Both the position numbers and the translations under genes were made by a program. Shown piece by piece: positions 52,229-63,375 of a stretch of 64,000 nt of DNA. This DNA comes from Chloropicon primus (Eukaryota): assembly GCA_023205875.1 (NCBI GenBank), contig CP060754.1, forward strand, positions 372,001-436,000. Reading direction: 5' to 3'. Under the pieces are notes generated by a model, which searched no databases, was not told where the DNA came from, and was given only the letters and a program-made list of their open reading frames with translations. Position 1 is the first letter of the stretch, and the number at the start of each line of letters is the position of its first letter.

Positions 52229-55200
52229 ATGGGTCGGGGCGAGCACAAGACGAACGGAGGGGGGAGCGCGGGCCCACGGCTGGATATTCCCATGGCGCCC
52301 ACGCTCAGGCCGACGAAAGAGGAGTTCAAGAACCCCCTCCAGTACATCCGAGGAATCAGGAACCAGGGCTATCACAAGTACGGGATAGTCAAGATAGTCC
52401 CGCCCGAGGGCTGGCGACCGCCGTTTGCGATCAACAAGGAGACGTTCAAGTTCAGCACGAGGGTCCAGTCTATCAATGAGCTCCAGAGGCGGCACATCAT
52501 AGCGGCAAAGTCGCAAGCTTTTTCCAGGAAGGTGAGTCCGTATGCCGCAACTCACCTCGAGCACTCTCCCCTCTTCCGCGCTTATTTCTGACTTTTGCTT
52601 CGGTCTTCCGCGCGGTTGCCCTTTGCTTCCTTCCGAACCAACAGCTGGACGCGTTTCATCGCTCAAGAGGACAGAAACCGCCCAAGATGCCCATCATGTA
52701 CGGTCAAAAGATCAACGTGTTCAAGCTCTACTGTGCCGTGCTGAAGAGGGGAGGGTACGAGAGCGTCACGCAGAACAAGAAGTGGAAGGAGGTCGGGAAG
52801 CTCGTGTGCTCGAAGCACAAGCAAATCACGAACCTGTCGTTCCTCGTTCGTGTTGCTTACGAGAGGTCGCTCCTGGACTTCGAGACGTATGTTGAAGAGT
52901 GCTGCGAGTATCTCAAGCAGGACACTTCACACCTGGACGCTCTCTCTCACGTCTGCGTGTCTGGCGACAGGGTTGAGGAGAAGCCGTCCAACGGAGACTC
53001 TGTCCTGGTCAAGGTGGAGGCGGAGGAGCTGACAGGCAGCCCTATGAAGAGGCCAAGGTTAGACGGGCAGGGCGAGGACACGGAACTGGAGGCACTTGAC
53101 GGGCTCATAGGATTGACGACGACGGCGAACGGCAGTCACCCCATGCCCGTCAAGGAGGAGGAGGAGGCGGGGTACGAACTAGAGGAGGCGGGGGAGGAGA
53201 AGGTGAAGGTCCAGTCGAAAGTCGAAATGATTTCCGACGTCAACGGCATGGACATGGATTTCATTGACCACATGCTCCCCAAGGGCGCTGCGGACAACGA
53301 AGAGTCCCTGAATTTGGATGAGGTGTTTTGCGAGCTCTGCGGTGGCGGGGCTCACGAGGACCAGATCATCTTGTGCGACAAGTGCGACAAGGGGTTCCAT
53401 ACTTTTTGCCTCGCGCCGCCTCTGGAAAGCATCCCAACGGGAGACTGGTGCTGCCCTCACTGCATCACTTCTGCGACGGATGACTTGGCGTTCACGGAGG
53501 GTTCTGATTTCACGGTGGAAGAGTTCCAAAAGATGGATAAACAGTTTCAGACGACTTGGTTCAGCTCCAAAGGGATCGCGAACAAGCCAACTTGGTGGGA
53601 AGTCGAGGACGAGTTTTGGGACATCGTGGAAAACTCAGACGAGCCTTGTGAAGTGTTTTACGGTGCGGACCTTGATTCGGGCAAGCTAGGGAGCGGCTTC
53701 CCGCACGAGAGGCATGGATTCACGGGCCAGTACGCGGAGTCCCCGTGGAACCTGAACAACCTTCCCAAGCTGGGTGGAAAGTATTGCTCCATGCTTCGCC
53801 ATGTCACCGATAACATCAATGGTGTCATCGTCCCTTGGGTCTATATGGGGATGACATTCTCGAGCTTCTGCTGGCACGTCGAGGATCACATGTTTTACAG
53901 CATCAATTACAACCACGTCGGGAACCCAAAAGTGTGGTACGGGGTCCCTTCGAACAGCGCTCTGGCATTTGAAGACGTCTTCAGGAACTACATGCCCGAG
54001 CAGTTCAAGCTGCAGCCTGACCTGCTGTTCCAGCTGGTCACGATGCTCTCGCCTCGGATTTTGAAATCGGCTTCAGTGCCTGTCTACCGGGCAGTGCAAG
54101 AGGAGGGAAGCTTTGTGATCACCTTCCCTCGAGCGTACCACGGTGGATTCAACTCAGGATTCAACTGTGCAGAGGCTGTGAACTTTGCGCCTGCGGACTG
54201 GTTCGACTACGATCAGGACTCGATAGAGAGGTACAGAGAATACAGGAGGAACCCTGTGCTGTCACACGAGGCACTGCTGTGCAAAGTGTGTGAAGTCGAT
54301 GAAAGCCCCGTTACTGCTGCATCGATTCACGTGCACTTGAAGGAAATGATTCTGAAAGAAGCGGCGCTGAGGCAAGATGGTCTCCTGTACGCCAAGACCT
54401 TCAAGAAGGTGAGCTGTACATCGTGCAACCCAGGTTCAGGGTTTGGGGACGATGACGCAGAGTGCTCCATCTGCAAGCAGTACATGCACTTGAGTGCCTG
54501 CACGTGCAAATGCACTCCTGGCTACTCTGTGTGCCTGGAGGACGTGGAGAGGATGTGCTCTTGTGATCCCTCGGATAGGACGTTTGTGTACCGCAGAACG
54601 ATGGCAGAGCTGGAGGACATGTATGCAAGTGTGCTGTCTAGACTGGAGGGGTGTGATGTAAAAAAGAAGATGTCCGAAGAATTCGGCAAGTACGTGTCCG
54701 AGAGTCCTAGAAGGGTTCGAGAGGCTGAGATGTGGTCTAAAGCGGCGAGGGATATGCTGAGGAAGGGAAATGCGAGCAAGAGGGGGGTGGAGGAGCACAT
54801 CGAGGATGCAGACAAGTTTCTGTGGGGTGGCCACGCGATGGATGAGGTCAGAAATCTCGTTGGAGAGCTCAACGGGGTTTTGGAGTGGGGTCGAGAGATT
54901 TCAAGGTGCTTGTCGTCGGCAAGACGCGGGAGGAAACTTGATTTTGTGAAAACAAATGAGCTCATGAGTGCCAGTCCCAAGCCCCTTGATGTGGACTTGG
55001 GCAGGTTAGAGGTCTGGGTGAGTGATAGCAACTCCCTAAGTGAGAGAGCAAAGGCTGCTCTGGATCCCGAGGAAGGAAAGGAACTTGCTTTTCAGGAAGT
55101 GCAGGAATTGCTCAAGGCATGCAATCGTTGCCCTGTCATTCCTTGCTTGCTAGGTGACTTGTCGGCCGCAGTAAACACGGTGGAGGAGTGGTGCGGCGAA

Positions 55201-56078
55201 GTGGATGAGTTTCTTCGCCAGAAGGCCAAGCCTCCTTTCTCTGCATTGACCTCCCTCTCCAAGCGGGGCCTCGCAAAGCTTCCGGATTGGACCGTGCTGG
55301 AGAAGGACAGACTGGCCGAGGCCTTGTATGACGTGGAGGCCTTTGAGAAGGAGGCAGAAGCAACGACGGGTGGGAGAGCTCCAACAGTAGAGGATCTCGA
55401 GAGGCTTGCCAAGGCTGGAAGGGCTCTACCAGTGATGGTTCCATCTTATGCGGAAGTTCAGCGCAGGCTGGAAGAGGTGAGAGGCTGGCTGGAAGAAGTG
55501 AACGATGTTCCAGTGGAAGACGAGGAGGAGGAAGGAGCGACGACGGAGCTGGTGGAGGACCTGCAGGAATCCAAGAGATCGCTGAGGTCACTGGAGGAAC
55601 GTCTATCTCAAAGAGAAGTGAGGGTGAAGGCCCTCCGCCAGCACATCCGTCGTGGTGAGCGTATCCCTTGTGATCTGGCCGGGAGGATAGAGGTGCTGAG
55701 GAGCCAGCTTGGCGGACTTGAGGAGGGGATGACCAAGCTGGAGGAGAGAGTAAGAAATTTGAGGCGCTGGGTGAGAGAGAAGGAGCGTGAACGCAAGGAG
55801 TTAGAGAGGATGGAGAGGGAGAGGGAGTGGGAGAGGAAGGTGGACGAGTGCATTATGGGTGAACTTCATACGGGGAAGTGGGATGAGGCCTCTGAGCTTT
55901 TGGAACAGGGCATGAAGGCTTCTTACGACAAAGTAAGGCTGAGTGAACTCGTCGCGAAGATCCGAGCCCTGGTGTCCTCTCTGATCTCGTTTGGGAGAAA
56001 GTTTTACTTCTTTCCTACGCGCAGCTGGGGTGCCAAGAAGGGGGTCAGAGCAAAGAGAACAGCGAGGAGGAGCAGTAG
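52229..56078 (+). CDS. KDM5/JARID1-type histone demethylase (JmjN, ARID, PHD, JmjC, C5HC2, PLU-1)
   Basis: APTLRPTKEEFKNPLQYI; PHD C4HC3; FCWHVEDH..PRAYH. Introns 52532-52644 and probably 55933-56024, giving stop TAG at 56078. Confidence 0.92.
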
Positions 56079-56306
56079 GATGCGCACTAGATTGAGATTC
56101 AACAACACCTCGGGATGTGAGTTTTACGTCTCACGACGTGTCCGCCAGCAGTTTGCTATCGATGTGCAAAGGGAGCTCACGCCCCTCGTGGAGTTCGAGA
56201 TGGACTGGACCAGCTGGAAGTTACTCCTCTAATGATGCTTGATGTTTTTTTATCTTCGCTTATGGATTTTTTTTGTATACGATGATTTGATATACGATGA
56301 TGAAAT

Positions 56307-58448
56307 TTGACTCTGGGCCCACAGATTCTGTTCCTGCTGTTCACGAGTCCTGGCGCAGTTTGGGACCAGCCTGCGCACAGTCGTCAGCCCTTGCGCCTGC
56401 TCTCGTGCGGTGGCGGCGAAATGCCTCTCGAGCTCTTCACGAGCACCTCGGGATTGGACGCCTTGGCCTGCGGGTCAGAGCATTTGGCTCTGGCTTCACA
56501 CGGTCAAGTTTTTACCTGGGGGAGGAGCCATGGAGGTCGCCTCGGCCTGGGAGAGACCAAGGCAGCTAGGGTAGAAGTCCCCACGAGGGTGAACCTGGCA
56601 CGCGGGGAGAGAATAAAGGGCGTTGCCTGCGGAAACACGGTCACGGTATGCGTGACGGAGAGAGGGAAAGTGATATCGTGGGGGAGGGACACGGGCAAGC
56701 TTTGGGGGAGCCTCGAGCCCATTGACCCGGCTGAGCGCGGAGCACCGTACCAGCAGGCTCTCCCGTGGAAGCCGTACTACATAAGAATGCCAACGAAGGT
56801 GGCGAGCGTGTATTGTGGGTTTGAGTTCAGCATCGCAGTGACAGAGAATGCGACGCTGCTGGGCTGGGGGGAGAACAACAAGGGGCAATTGGGCTTTGAG
56901 ACCACGGGCCCCGTGAGGCGCCCGACCTTCATCGAGATTGAGGAGATGAACGAGTACGGGGACGGCGACCAGTACATCACCTCTGTCGCGTGTGGAGCCA
57001 ACCACGTGTGCGCGGTGGACAACGAGGGGAACCTCTACTCCTGGGGGGACAACGAGTTTGGGCAGTGTGGTCAGGAGCACTGGGACCCGATAGCTGTCCC
57101 AGGGCGGGTGAGGGGTCAGCTCGAGGGACTCAAGGTGCACAGCGTGTCGTGCGGCCAGCACACTCTTGCCATTGCGGGGCCAAAGAAGTCCCTTTACAGT
57201 TGGGGTTCTGGTACCCGAGGCCAGCTGGGTCACGGGACGGAGCAAGATAGCAACGCTCCCAGGCAGGTGGCATCCCTGAGCGACCTGAAATTCGAGGATA
57301 TCCACTGCGGAGAGTACCACTCCCTCGCTGTGACGAGGGACAGCCTCGTTTACACTTGGGGCAGCAACATATTTGGGGAGCTGACCCAGGGAAGCAAGGG
57401 CAGCCTGAGGAAGGTGGCGTGCTACACGGAACCGCAGTACAGGGGAAAGAACTTGCAAGATGGATCCTCTGGCCATGACGCGAGCACGTCCGGCAGAGGC
57501 GCGGGCGCGAGTGCCGCGGACTTCAAGATGAGATTCGCGTGCGGCGGGGTCAACACACTGGCGGTGAAGTGCTCTGAGAGGCTGCAAGGAAGGGAAGGAG
57601 CCGCCACTACTCCGATTCGATCGACCTTGGGGGGTTCGACGGGTGCTAGGTCGTCGTCGAGGAGGTCTGCGGCCGACAGAATCCAGGATCTGTCCTCGCA
57701 GCGGCTCCTGCGGACAGGTGATGCAGGGGAGAGATCCCCTTTCAAAGTGAGTCCTGAGATGGCCTTCTTTCCTGTCCCTCCCAAGGAAGAGTGCAAATCG
57801 ACGCTGGCTCTGCGGGAGATCAAGAAGAAGAGGCACAGAAAGGCGCTGCAGATGTACAGGAATGTCAAGAGCGATGTGACGAAGAACGGCAGGTCCTCCT
57901 CCTCCTCCCAAAGGGGCGGAGACTTCTTGAGTTCGTCCTTACGTTTCGACGGGAATTCCCTCGAGACCATTTTCAACGACATCGTGCTGACCCCAAGCGA
58001 CTCCTTCACGGATTGGAGGGCCAACAGCTCTGTGGAGAAGGCCACCAGTCACATCAAGAACGCGTCCATGTCCATTGCGAAGGCCGCATTGTCCCTGGAC
58101 GTGGACGCCGTGGAGGAAACCACGACCCAACAACCGTTGAGCTCGACGGAGAAGAGAGAAATCATGCAAATCTCGACGGAGATCAAGAAGCACATCGAGA
58201 GGTATCACGGGAAAATCGTCGACATGCCGGCCACTCCACGGAAGGGGGAGGACCTGGACAGCTACTACGAGGCAGTGGCGTACCAGGCCCACGCAGCTGC
58301 CTCGAGAATCCTGCAACAGATGCAGGGAATGCGGCTCATGTACGAGGATTTGTCGTCCGCCGTGTCCTCCATGGACAGCGACAACCCGGACGAGCACATG
58401 ATAGACTACCTGGTGACGAACCTTTCCAAGCACGCCATTAACATATGA
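56307..58448 (+). CDS. RCC1-repeat protein with C-terminal extension (5' end unresolved)
   Basis: WGxNxxGQLG / CGxxH repeats. A CAG acceptor near 56323 suggests an upstream exon. Confidence 0.82.
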   Translation: MTLGPQILFLLFTSPGAVWDQPAHSRQPLRLLSCGGGEMPLELFTSTSGLDALACGSEHLALASHGQVFTWGRSHGGRLGLGETKAARVEVPTRVNLARGERIKGVACGNTVTVCVTERGKVISWGRDTGKLWGSLEPIDPAERGAPYQQALPWKPYYIRMPTKVASVYCGFEFSIAVTENATLLGWGENNKGQLGFETTGPVRRPTFIEIEEMNEYGDGDQYITSVACGANHVCAVDNEGNLYSWGDNEFGQCGQEHWDPIAVPGRVRGQLEGLKVHSVSCGQHTLAIAGPKKSLYSWGSGTRGQLGHGTEQDSNAPRQVASLSDLKFEDIHCGEYHSLAVTRDSLVYTWGSNIFGELTQGSKGSLRKVACYTEPQYRGKNLQDGSSGHDASTSGRGAGASAADFKMRFACGGVNTLAVKCSERLQGREGAATTPIRSTLGGSTGARSSSRRSAADRIQDLSSQRLLRTGDAGERSPFKVSPEMAFFPVPPKEECKSTLALREIKKKRHRKALQMYRNVKSDVTKNGRSSSSSQRGGDFLSSSLRFDGNSLETIFNDIVLTPSDSFTDWRANSSVEKATSHIKNASMSIAKAALSLDVDAVEETTTQQPLSSTEKREIMQISTEIKKHIERYHGKIVDMPATPRKGEDLDSYYEAVAYQAHAAASRILQQMQGMRLMYEDLSSAVSSMDSDNPDEHMIDYLVTNLSKHAINI

Positions 58449-58485
58449 CCATGCATGATGTATCAAAACTGTAATGTAACACACT

Positions 58486-58641
58486 TTAAGTCTGCAGACC
58501 CTTGTCGTCCTTTTCCAGCGTCCGGATCAGGTGGTGAAGCCTGTTGGACTCGGCGTAAAGGGACGCGAAGGAGGAAAGGTTGTCGATCACGATGGAGGCC
58601 GCATCCATCACTCGCCCGAATGCTGTGGCCGCCTGGGTCAT
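58486..58641 (-). CDS. Small helical hypothetical protein (51-67 aa)
   Basis: Coding-like C/G third positions, convergent with the RCC1 gene; first ATG 58641. Confidence 0.4.
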   Translation of the reverse strand: MTQAATAFGRVMDAASIVIDNLSSFASLYAESNRLHHLIRTLEKDDKGLQT

Positions 58642-58957
58642 CACCCCGAGCTCGATCTGATTCTTAAAATAGGGATTGCTCAAGACCAAGGTCGGGATGA
58701 GAATCGTGAGGTACCTCTGTACGAAAACCTAAAACCTATTTAGGAACGAAAGGCTGTCGAGACTAAAAATAGGAGACAATAAGTGGACAAAGTGGACAAA
58801 GTATCTTTTCGCTCGAAGCGCGCGAAGAAAGGAACCGAGAGAGACGGAAGGCGCGCGAAGAGGACGAGACGGGGAAGAGAAAGGGTCCGAGGATCTCTTC
58901 AAAAAGTCGCAACTTGTGAGACCAACGCCCTACTGACGCACCACCTTGGGACGCAGC

Positions 58958-61018
58958 ATGTTGTCGACCAGAAGGCCCTGGGCGACCTGGGTGGTTGCTG
59001 CCTTCCTGTTCGCAGCGGTGGTGGGAACGGAGTCGTCCGTTATCGAGCTTGGAGAGTTTAGGGTAGTTCAGCCCAAGAATCAGAAGCTCACCGCCGACGT
59101 TGCTTTCGCAAACTTCGGCCGACCGGAGTACGGAGGGGACTTGCAGGGGCACTTGGCCATCCCTTTCGAGGACGTCAGAGTTTTGGGCCAGACGTGCGAG
59201 GAGCTCGCTTGCAAGTACTCTTGCGAGTCCATGAAGGACAGGAACTACACCGTCCAAACCCTCATGGGTCTCCCCGCGATCATGCTCATTGAGAGAGGGC
59301 CAAAGGACCACCACTGCCCCTTTTACGACAAGGCAAAGTACGCCCAGGAAGCCGGCGCAAAAGCCCTGCTCATTGCGAACTACGACGACGAGCTCTTCAC
59401 CATGACCTTGCCCGAGGATGACAACTCTTGGTCGTACAACCTCACCATCCCGGTCGCGCTGATGAAGAGGTCAGACGCCGACAAGATCATCCAGGCTTAC
59501 GACGAGGACCCGCTCCTCATAGGAAGCATGAACTGGACGAACAACATTCCTCAGGGAGCCAAGGTCCACTGGGAGTATTGGATCAGCAGCGACGACGCCT
59601 GCGGCGTCAAGTGCGAGAAGCAGAAGCAGTTCGCCAGAAATTTCGCGCCTATTGCCCAGATTCTCGAGCAGAATGGGTGGACGGAGTTCCAGCCCCATTA
59701 CATGATGTGGACTTGCCCAGCGAAGTACAGGAACACCACCCTTTGCGACAACCTTTGCATCGAGGGCGGGGAGTACTGCGCTCCGGACCCCGAGCAAGAC
59801 GAGGAGGCTGGTTATGACGGCAAAGACGTCGTGATAGAGAACAAGCGACAGATCTGCATCTACAAGCAAGCGAACGCTTCGGGCGAACCTTGGTTCTGGT
59901 GGGACTTCGTGCAGAAGTTCGACTCCGAGTGCTCCATGACCAAGTCCACTTACGACGAGGAGTGCTCCGAGAGAGCGTTCCTTGACGTCGGTGGAAGCAA
60001 GCTCGGCGGCGGACTGGCCACCTTGAGGTCCTGCATGGCTTCCAACGAGTCTATTGCGTATCTTCAGGCCGAGGTGGACGCCCAAGTCAGCTCAGACGTC
60101 GTGATCCTGCCGTCCATCATCATTGAAGGTCATCAGTACAGGGGAGCATTGCATGCTGGAAGTGTCCTCAAAGCCCTCTGCGCCGCGTTTTACAAGGACT
60201 ACGACAACCACCCCAACGTCTGCACTTGCACCTCCGTCCCCGATTCGCAGCTCATGCAGTGCATCTCTCAGAACGGAAACGACGTGTGCAAGAAGGGCAA
60301 AGCCGGGGACGTGGCGTGCTCCAAGAACGCTAACGGGATCACCAAGTGCATGGAGGACATCGCTCCCCCTTTCTACAAGTGCGGCTGCGAGGCCGGCTTT
60401 GAGCTGGTCACGGACAAGGACGGAAACCAGGTGTGCCACGACATCAACGAGTGCAAGACCAAGGCACAGGGCATCGAAGATTGCACTTGTGCTCGATGCG
60501 CTTGCCACAACAACATCGGAAGCTTCGTCTGCGAGTCTGACCTCCCTAACGCCTGCCGCAAGAACAACGGGGGGTGCTGGCAGGACACGGTGAATGGAAA
60601 GTACCACACGGCTTGCGTGGACCGGATCGCAGACTACAAGGCCGCCGCGGAGAGTGGCCTCAACGTGACCGTCGACACCTTCAAAATGTTCAACTGCACG
60701 TGCCCACCGGGATTCCGGCAGGACCCAAGCGTCTGGAAGAAGGGCACGAGTTGCATCAAGGAGTGCAAGGGCACGAGCGAGTACGACCCGGTGACCGGAT
60801 TGTGTGTCCAGGACGCCTCGAACGCCGAGAAGGAGTCGGGTTCGGGGACTGCTGCCCTTTCCATGGGCATGGTCGGAGGGATCATCATTGCAGTGTTGCT
60901 TGTCGCCGGTATTGGCTTCGGTATTTACAGGTACAGGATCAGGACCTACATGGACAAGGAGATCCGCTCCATCATGTCCCAGTACATGCCTTTGGATGAC
61001 AACAACAACCAGGCTTAA
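58958..61018 (+). CDS. VSR: Vacuolar sorting receptor (BP-80/VSR family)
   Basis: Signal peptide, FANFGRPEYGG, PA domain, YCAPDPE, EGF repeats, TM, YMDKEIRSIMSQYMPLD. Confidence 0.95.
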   Translation: MLSTRRPWATWVVAAFLFAAVVGTESSVIELGEFRVVQPKNQKLTADVAFANFGRPEYGGDLQGHLAIPFEDVRVLGQTCEELACKYSCESMKDRNYTVQTLMGLPAIMLIERGPKDHHCPFYDKAKYAQEAGAKALLIANYDDELFTMTLPEDDNSWSYNLTIPVALMKRSDADKIIQAYDEDPLLIGSMNWTNNIPQGAKVHWEYWISSDDACGVKCEKQKQFARNFAPIAQILEQNGWTEFQPHYMMWTCPAKYRNTTLCDNLCIEGGEYCAPDPEQDEEAGYDGKDVVIENKRQICIYKQANASGEPWFWWDFVQKFDSECSMTKSTYDEECSERAFLDVGGSKLGGGLATLRSCMASNESIAYLQAEVDAQVSSDVVILPSIIIEGHQYRGALHAGSVLKALCAAFYKDYDNHPNVCTCTSVPDSQLMQCISQNGNDVCKKGKAGDVACSKNANGITKCMEDIAPPFYKCGCEAGFELVTDKDGNQVCHDINECKTKAQGIEDCTCARCACHNNIGSFVCESDLPNACRKNNGGCWQDTVNGKYHTACVDRIADYKAAAESGLNVTVDTFKMFNCTCPPGFRQDPSVWKKGTSCIKECKGTSEYDPVTGLCVQDASNAEKESGSGTAALSMGMVGGIIIAVLLVAGIGFGIYRYRIRTYMDKEIRSIMSQYMPLDDNNNQA

Positions 61019-61218
61019 AGTGAGAAGTTTTCTTTTTTGACACTTTTCTAATTGTATTTACCAGTTTTAATTGAGGAAAAACGCGACTCCTCCCCCTTCC
61101 GTGGCGCCCTCCTCCCTCTGTCGCTTCAAAAAAAAGCGTGAAACGTTTCCTCACTTTTTCAGAGAGGCGAGGGGAGGAGAGAGAGAGAGAGAGAGACAGG
61201 GTTCAGAGGCGTGGGGTC

Positions 61219-63237
61219 ATGGCGGAGGGAGGTGTTCCGGCTCCGGAGGGCAGGAAGCTTACCCCACAGAGCCAGCTAAAGGAGTTCGGGAAGAGCATCC
61301 TCGCCGCGGCCCTTCTCGGGCGGTGGGAGGAGATCTTTTTCCGTCTGACAACGCTATCGAGGCTCCTCGCAAAGCTCGCCGTGGCTGCCATGCTGAGGCG
61401 GAAGACCAAGGTGGAGGCGTGGCTCGGGGCCCCGGTCATATCCCTCAGCAGCCCGCCGACGCGGTGGGCCAAGCTTTGGATGTGGCTCCCTCTCGTGCCC
61501 TTCGGTCGCAGAGCCTTGTTGACCTTGCTCAAGGTGAAGCGGTGGCAGGTTCTCCTAGCCTCCGCAGGCGCGACGTGGTGGGCGGTCCACTCGGCGAGGA
61601 AAGCGATGGTGGCCGAGAGCCTCGAGTACAGGAGGGCGCAGAAGAAGCTGTCGAAGAAGGTCGACAAGGCCGAGACGTATGCGGAGTGGGTCTCGGCCAG
61701 GACGGCCTTGGAGACCCACGAGGGAAAGAGCCAGGACGCGAGAGCGAGGTGGGACCGCGAGACGTCTTTGTACGACAGGGAGCTGCTCCAGGCTCGCCTC
61801 GCCCACTTGCTGAAGATCAGGGAGAAGGGCGACGTCGCCGAGATGGTGTATGCTTTGAGGACTGACATGCTGAGGAACTTGGGGAATATGTCGAACAAGG
61901 ACCTGTACAAGGACAGGGCGGAGGTGCCCAAACCGATTCAGGACTACATCCAGGAGGTCACGCTGCAGCTGAAGTACGTGACGCACTACGAGTTCCCGGA
62001 CTTCAACGTGGAGGACAAGTTGTCCTTCTTGAGAGAGACGAGGCACGCGTTTGGCCGGACTGCCTTGGTTCTGAGTGGAGGCGGCTCGCTGGGCACTTTC
62101 CACGTGGGGGTCGTCAAGGCCCTCCACGAGCAGAATCTGCTCCCGAGGGTTCTGTCAGGCAGTAGTGTGGGGGCGCTGATCTGCGCCATCGTCTGTACGA
62201 GGACGGACCCCGAGCTGGTCGACCTCATGGAGAAGTTCTGCTACCTGGACTTGTCCTTCTTCAACAACTCCTCGCTGCCTCAGATTTTGAAGCACATCAT
62301 TTCAAAGGGGTCCCTGCACGACATCGGGTTCCTGGCCTACAGGCTGCGGGTTCTCCTCGGGGACTACACCTTTCAGGAAGCTTACGAGAGGTCCGGGCGG
62401 GTGCTCAACATCTGCGTCACTGCCGCCAATACGAACGAGCCGCCAAAGCTGCTGAACTATCTCACGGCTCCCAATGTGGTCATCTGGAGCGCCGTGGCAG
62501 CATCGTCGGCTTTCCCTTTCCTCTTCATGCCTACGGATCTTCTGGCAAGGAACAGGCAGGGCGAGTTTGTAAAGTACTTGAACATCGACAAAACCCACTG
62601 CAGCGACCGGCGGTGGAGGGACGGCTCCTTGGAGGAGGACTTGCCCACGAACGGCGTGAGTGAGATGTTCAATGTGAACTACTTTTTGGTGAGCCAGGTC
62701 AACCCTCACATCGTCCCTTGGCTCGCCTTGAAGAACGTCTTCCCGAGGAAGCTGTCGTATCTGATCATCAGCGAGTGGAAGCACAGGTGTCAGCAGCTGG
62801 CGGAGATACTGCCCAACTGGTTCCCGAAGCACATGTTCCTGGTCTTCTGCCAGAGGTGGGAGGGGGACGTAACCGTCTACAAGAACACCTCCATCATGAG
62901 CTACATCGCCATGCTCGTGAAGGCCGCGATGAATCCAACCTCGTACTCTCTCAAGGTCGCCATCGCGGAGGGACAGAGAAACACGTGGCCAAAGCTCGCG
63001 GCAATCCAGGCCAACTGCGCGATAGAGCAGACGCTGGACGAGTGCATGTGGGAGCTCAAAAAGTCGGTCAACAACAGCATGCTGAAGCAAAGGGGAAGGA
63101 TTCCCAGCTGGCTCAACGTCGACACCATCTCCAGGGAAAATTCCGAGAACTCCCTGCTTTCTCCGAGCATCTCCGCGGAGGAGGAAACCCGGAACCGGAA
63201 GGGGAAGAAGAGGGACGAAATACACATCATGCAATAA
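61219..63237 (+). CDS. SDP1: SDP1/TGL4-like patatin triacylglycerol lipase
   Basis: RHAFGRTALVLSGGGSLG, GSSVG, WRDGSLEEDLP, VSQVNPHIVP. Confidence 0.9.
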   Translation: MAEGGVPAPEGRKLTPQSQLKEFGKSILAAALLGRWEEIFFRLTTLSRLLAKLAVAAMLRRKTKVEAWLGAPVISLSSPPTRWAKLWMWLPLVPFGRRALLTLLKVKRWQVLLASAGATWWAVHSARKAMVAESLEYRRAQKKLSKKVDKAETYAEWVSARTALETHEGKSQDARARWDRETSLYDRELLQARLAHLLKIREKGDVAEMVYALRTDMLRNLGNMSNKDLYKDRAEVPKPIQDYIQEVTLQLKYVTHYEFPDFNVEDKLSFLRETRHAFGRTALVLSGGGSLGTFHVGVVKALHEQNLLPRVLSGSSVGALICAIVCTRTDPELVDLMEKFCYLDLSFFNNSSLPQILKHIISKGSLHDIGFLAYRLRVLLGDYTFQEAYERSGRVLNICVTAANTNEPPKLLNYLTAPNVVIWSAVAASSAFPFLFMPTDLLARNRQGEFVKYLNIDKTHCSDRRWRDGSLEEDLPTNGVSEMFNVNYFLVSQVNPHIVPWLALKNVFPRKLSYLIISEWKHRCQQLAEILPNWFPKHMFLVFCQRWEGDVTVYKNTSIMSYIAMLVKAAMNPTSYSLKVAIAEGQRNTWPKLAAIQANCAIEQTLDECMWELKKSVNNSMLKQRGRIPSWLNVDTISRENSENSLLSPSISAEEETRNRKGKKRDEIHIMQ

Positions 63238-63375
63238 AGCTTGTAAAACACACTATTCACGATTCTTCTTGAATCCTGGTCGCTGCTGCTCTCTCGCTCT
63301 CGCTCTCGCTCTCGCTCTCCTCGAAGAGCGACAGCAAATTCGGAGAATCATTCAAATCCCATTCAGCTGGTAAAT

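Noticed and set aside
55933..56232. C-terminal tail of the KDM5 ORF as given in the track
   Set aside because: It reads through a probable intron (GTAAG...CTGAT...GCAG). The spliced form stops at 56078.
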